Shown here: positions 59,827 to 64,000 of the stretch, in pieces
Position numbering within the stretch: position 1 is the stretch's first letter
Layout: every line of letters starts with the position of its first letter
From: Chlorokybus atmophyticus
Taxonomy: Eukaryota > Plantae > Mesostigma and Chlorokybus algae
Assembly (NCBI GenBank): GCA_009103225.1
Contig: RHPI01002204.1
Location: 186,001 to 250,000 of the forward strand
Direction: 5' to 3'
Length of the DNA stretch: 64,000 nucleotides
Made by a program: the position numbers and the translations under genes
Notes under the pieces: model-generated
What the model saw: only the letters and a program-made list of their open reading frames with translations
The model's database searches: none
What the model was told of the DNA's origin: nothing

Positions 59827-62570
59827 TCATATCCTGATTTTGAATCGCTCGGGGTTGCTGACCTTCCTCACACCCGCGCGTGTGACCCGCACACCACTCT
59901 TACCATTACCACTACTTTGCCTTTCCCACGCCGCCACCCACGCAGCGACTTGGTCGTACATGGGCGCTAGGAAGCCGGACACGCCAGGCTTGCCCGGGTA
60001 GTAGGCTCCGTTGGCAACGGCCTGCGGGTCCTGCATAGCCGCCTCGGCCGCGGCCGTGACAAGTGTCATGCTGCTTGGCCTCACATCCAACTCGAGCGTC
60101 TCAGTCCTCTTCTCCATGCACAGGTTGCGCAGCTCGTCTGCGCGCGGAAGATCCCCAAGCCTCTCTTCCATTTGTGCCCACGCCTGTGCACAACGTTGTC
60201 TCCCTGTCAGCAATAACAACACACACGCACCATCGAGCTCTTCTCCCAGCGTGTATACGTACCATCCAGGATGGGACGCTGCTGGGGTCAGCCTTCACTG
60301 CGCACTTGTAGAGTGCGCGCGCGAAAGCAATGTTGCTTTGCCTATCCTCCAACACGCCCCACGCCTGCAAAGTGGATACGCACACGCATATCGTGAGTGC
60401 CTGTGCACTCTAAATAATGTGGGATGAGACAGCCTGCAAAGGCTTGCCTGAAACAGCTTTGCTACATTCTTGTTTGTGGGATCAGCCCACACGCCCTTCT
60501 GAAACAGCTCCCTCGCCCTGTCCAGGTTGCCTTCCCGGAACTCCATGACCGCCCAAGCCTGCATGCAAGCCATGGTTTACTTCAAACAAGCTCAACGCTT
60601 CAGATGCAACTAGTATTTGAATTGAAAGCCAACCTGCCACACTGGTTGATGCGATGAATCTGCGCGCACACCCTCCTCAAACAATCTGCGGGCGGTTTCG
60701 AGGTTGCCCTGCTTGTGCTCGAACAGAGCCCAAGCCTGATGCATAGAGCGCGACCATCAGCACACTTGCCCAGGTGGCAAACTAAGTACATAGAATGGTT
60801 TGTGCATGTGAGCTTGCCTGCCAGTTTGCTGGGTCTCTCCGATTAAGCTTTGTGCATTTTTCCAGCAGGTCGCGGATGGTGTCAGGATGCCCACCTTGCT
60901 TGGACTCCCAAATGGCCCATGCTTGCCACAGGTAACAGTTCCGTGGCACTTCTTCTGTCCCTCGCTGTATGCATATGCTGGTCAGATCAAGCAGCAAAAA
61001 CACAGCAGTGTGCAAGACAAGACCCTGAACAACACAACAACAATATCCAACAGTGCATTGTCACGCCTACGTGATACAAGATGCATACTTTGAACAGCCT
61101 GCGAGCTTCGTAGGTGTTGCCGGCCTCAACTTCCATCAACGCCCATGCCTGTGTGTTACACCGAAGATGCGCAGCTGAGCAACGCAGTGTGCAAACAAGC
61201 AAGCATACCAACACTCTAGATCCACGCACCTGCCACAGTGCCGCACTGCTTGGGTTGGTCCTTACACCAAGCTGAAAGTAGTGCCTCGCAGTGTCCAAGC
61301 GACCCGCATCAGACTGCGATGATAGCAAGACAGCACTCAGAGTTATGCTCTTTCACAAAGGACAAGCACGCACATTCATCCACATGTGCGGGTGGTGAGA
61401 CCGTACCTCCATGAGCGCAAGTGACTGATACAGAAAGGCATTTCCTGGATCATAGCGGGCGCCCTTCACAAGGAGATCCCTGGCTTTTCGCAAATTGCCG
61501 TCACGCTTTTCAAGCATCGCCCACGCATGCCATGATGGACCGTGCTTTGGGTCCGCCACTGTGGCGGAGTCGAACAGGTCGCGCGCCTTCGACAGGTTGC
61601 CTTGCTGCTCCTCAAACACGCCCCACGACTGCCACAAGAACGGGTTGTTGCCCTCCACGGCAGCCACACCCGCTTCATACAGCGCCCGCGCACGCTCCGG
61701 CCGCCCAGCAACCTGCTCCATGCGTGCCAACGCAACATATGCCCGCCCATCTGTTGGCAGCAGCTCCAAACACCTCCTGAAACCTGCTTCAGCCTCCTGC
61801 GGGAAAGCGCAAGCAGACATTGGCGCATGCTACTGCTCAGCAATGCCACACACAGACAACCAAATTGCACAACACAACCAGCGCACACTTTGCGGACAAC
61901 AGCCGACAGACAGCTCCAACATAAACACAGCGATAACAAATGCTGTCTTCACAACGGACACCAGTGTGCAAGACACTACTGTCGAGTAACGACGACCAAT
62001 TCTCAACTATGCTACCCCTGAATGAACAAACAGCATTTGCGTCAACCATCTGTAGTAGAATTCACAAACCCTAATGCAGATCAGGCAGTGTGACCACTAC
62101 GGAAACCTCCAGAGCGAGCCACAGCCTATTACGGCTGCATGCCACTGGCCAATGTGTCTGTTACTCACCCTAAAACGTCCTTGTCTGCGCAACTGGCGAG
62201 CCCTCCACAGCCCCAGGTCGACATTGAGCTTAGCAATCTTCTCAGGGAGGCCCTTGGGGGAGGTGGGCGGGGAGGAGGAGGAGGCGGCGGACGTTGACGG
62301 CGCGGAGGACGACGGCGAGGTGGTCGGCAGTGACGACGACGATGACGACGTCGATGGGTGAGACGCGTCGCCTTCTTCTTCCGTCCGCACCACCACCCCC
62401 GCTGCCGAAGCCCTGATAGACGACAACCTCCTGGAGGACGTCCTCACCGGCCTGGGCCTCTCCGGCAGCAGCAGTGGCGGCGCTCCCTTCCAAGCAGGCA
62501 TGGCCAACATAGCTGCAAATGTCGAGGATGACGATGGGCACTGCATCACCGGCGCCGATAATGACGCCAT
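59827..62570 (-). CDS. HCF107: HAT/TPR plastid RNA-stability factor HCF107/Mbb1 homolog (multi-exon)
   Basis: Transit peptide, 'LNVDLGLWRAR', 'DGRAYVAL', 'NPFLWQSWGVFE', 'ARDLFDSATVADPKHGPSWHAWA', 'ARELFQKGVWAD' and further HAT repeats. Confidence 0.88.
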
Positions 62571-63247
62571 CGCAGCGGCGGCGGCGGAGGACGCGCACAA
62601 CGTCGGCCACGTCGACACTATGTGACGCTTCGTCGACAGCGTCGGCAAGAGACGGCTGCGCGTCGACACTTGATCGCGTCGACATGCAGTGTCGGCGTTG
62701 TGCATCGCATGGCAGCTAGCAGACAAACCCTAGAAAAGGAATATTTGCTCTGTGCCTAGCGGCGGCGGTGTCGTGGTTGTCGTAGGTGCTGTCGGCAGCG
62801 GTGCGGCAGGACTGGTTCGCTGTGTGTTGTTACAGATGCGCGTCTTGTGCTGTTTATGAGGCTGGATTGGGCAAGATACTGGTGGCAAGCCAGGAGTACA
62901 GCTTGAAGCAGCAGCAGCAGCAGCAGCAGCAATAGCGCCACGGCGGTTTCCCGCGCTGCTTTGTCAAAAGCGCCTGCTGACGGCTGGAGATCCGCAGCAA
63001 AGAACGCTGCGGCATGGCTGTGGTGCTGTCCTAGGTACGGTCATGTCAGTCTGCCTTCGCACTCAGAGAACTAGCAGATCAGCTGCTGGCTGCGTCGTTG
63101 TTCAAGTAACAGTAACTATCAATGGCAAATTGTTCAATTGGCAATTTCGTTTGATCAACTGAAGAATATGATGGTCATGGCTACCGTGTTTGCAGTTTAC
63201 ATGCCTACATTGCGCCCCGCGCTCTCTTACGTCCAGCTGTAGCGGAC

Positions 63248-64000
63248 ATGGGAGGATCTTCCTCTAAGCTTGAGAAAGCTTTGGGCGAGGCTTTTCCTGA
63301 GGGAGAGAGGTTTTTTGGCTTGGAGAACTTTGGGAATACCTGCTATTGCAACAGCGTGCTTCAGGTGATTGAGAAAAGCCGTTTACATGTGTCAGTTGAT
63401 GGTAGCAGACTGTTGCATAGACGTGCTCATCCTGGTATTGCAGGCTCTCTTTTTCTGCATACCGTTCAGGGAGAGACTCTTAGAGTATTACTCTAAAGCT
63501 CTTGCTAGCAACAAGGTCCCGGCAGAAGAGAATCTGCTGTACTGCTTGGCGGACCTGTTTACGCAGGTACAGCGATACAATGCAGCTGTGTGCGGTGATC
63601 TGTTTGATGTACACTTGTGTTGTAGTTGCGTTGTCTATGTCAAGAAGACTCCATCCATATCCCTAGCTGCTGTGTGCCTGTTTGGTTGTGTTGCTGTAGT
63701 GCCCTTGACTGTTAAGGCTAGTGTAGCGCACATTGAAGTCACATACAGCATTCAATGGAGCTGACTTCTTGGCGGCAGATCACAAGTCAGAAGAAGAAAA
63801 CCGGTGTGGTGGCTCCCAAAAAGTTTATTCAACGATTGAAGAAGCAGAATGAGCTTTTCCGCAGTTACATGCATCAGGTAACCTTGGTTGGCACAAATTC
63901 AGGTTCGCTGTTGGTAGATCGCTTGACAAAAGGGGGTTGCTTATGTGATGCTTCACAGGACGCACACGAGTTCCTGAATTTTTTGCTTAATGAACTTGCC
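63248..64000 (+). CDS. Ubiquitin carboxyl-terminal hydrolase, UBP3/UBP4 (USP12/46) type; partial, runs off the window
   Basis: '[13 protein letters not shown]...[18 protein letters not shown]|ALFFCIPFR...|[33 protein letters not shown]|[13 protein letters not shown]'. Confidence 0.93.

Noticed and set aside
44718-62570. Four plastid-related genes (STR8-like, OEP61, YidD-like, HCF107) within 18 kb, suggesting a functional cluster
   Set aside because: Plastid-targeted genes are common in green-lineage genomes, they are interspersed with unrelated genes, and they share no pathway.

Overview
This is eukaryotic nuclear DNA of about 50% GC with spliceosomal introns. The gene set (GPAT9, OEP61, HCF107, ULTRAPETALA-like, ZF-HD domain, UBP3/4, telo-boxes) suggests a green-lineage organism, probably a streptophyte alga (inference). 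The window has two halves. From 1 to about 33 kb is a nested transposon cluster. It contains a decayed Ty3/Gypsy element whose pol carries a C5 cytosine-methyltransferase domain just upstream of RT and a PHD finger after the integrase. That element is split by a tandem LTR-internal-LTR-internal-LTR Ty1/Copia insertion, whose two units share a TGA inside the Gag zinc knuckle. The cluster also holds a second Gypsy gag-protease remnant, a complete-length PIF/Harbinger element (TIRs, Myb-like gene, DDE transposase), and a roughly 10-kb Helitron-like region. That region encodes RepHel, a spliced gene ending in an intact GIY-YIG nuclease domain, and an inverted-repeat-flanked zinc-finger/coiled-coil/RING gene, separated by motif-dense spacers. 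After a (GA)n tract of about 380 bp, 34-64 kb is gene-dense host sequence. It holds GPAT9, a hypothetical gene, a ZF-HD + ULTRAPETALA fusion gene, a TrhO/STR8-like rhodanese, LSM3, OEP61, a non-autonomous Harbinger with a long internal hairpin, an orphan GC-rich ORF, a YidD-like gene, HCF107/Mbb1 and a partial UBP3/4. All assignments come from reading motifs by eye; no searches were run, and spliced-gene boundaries are approximate.
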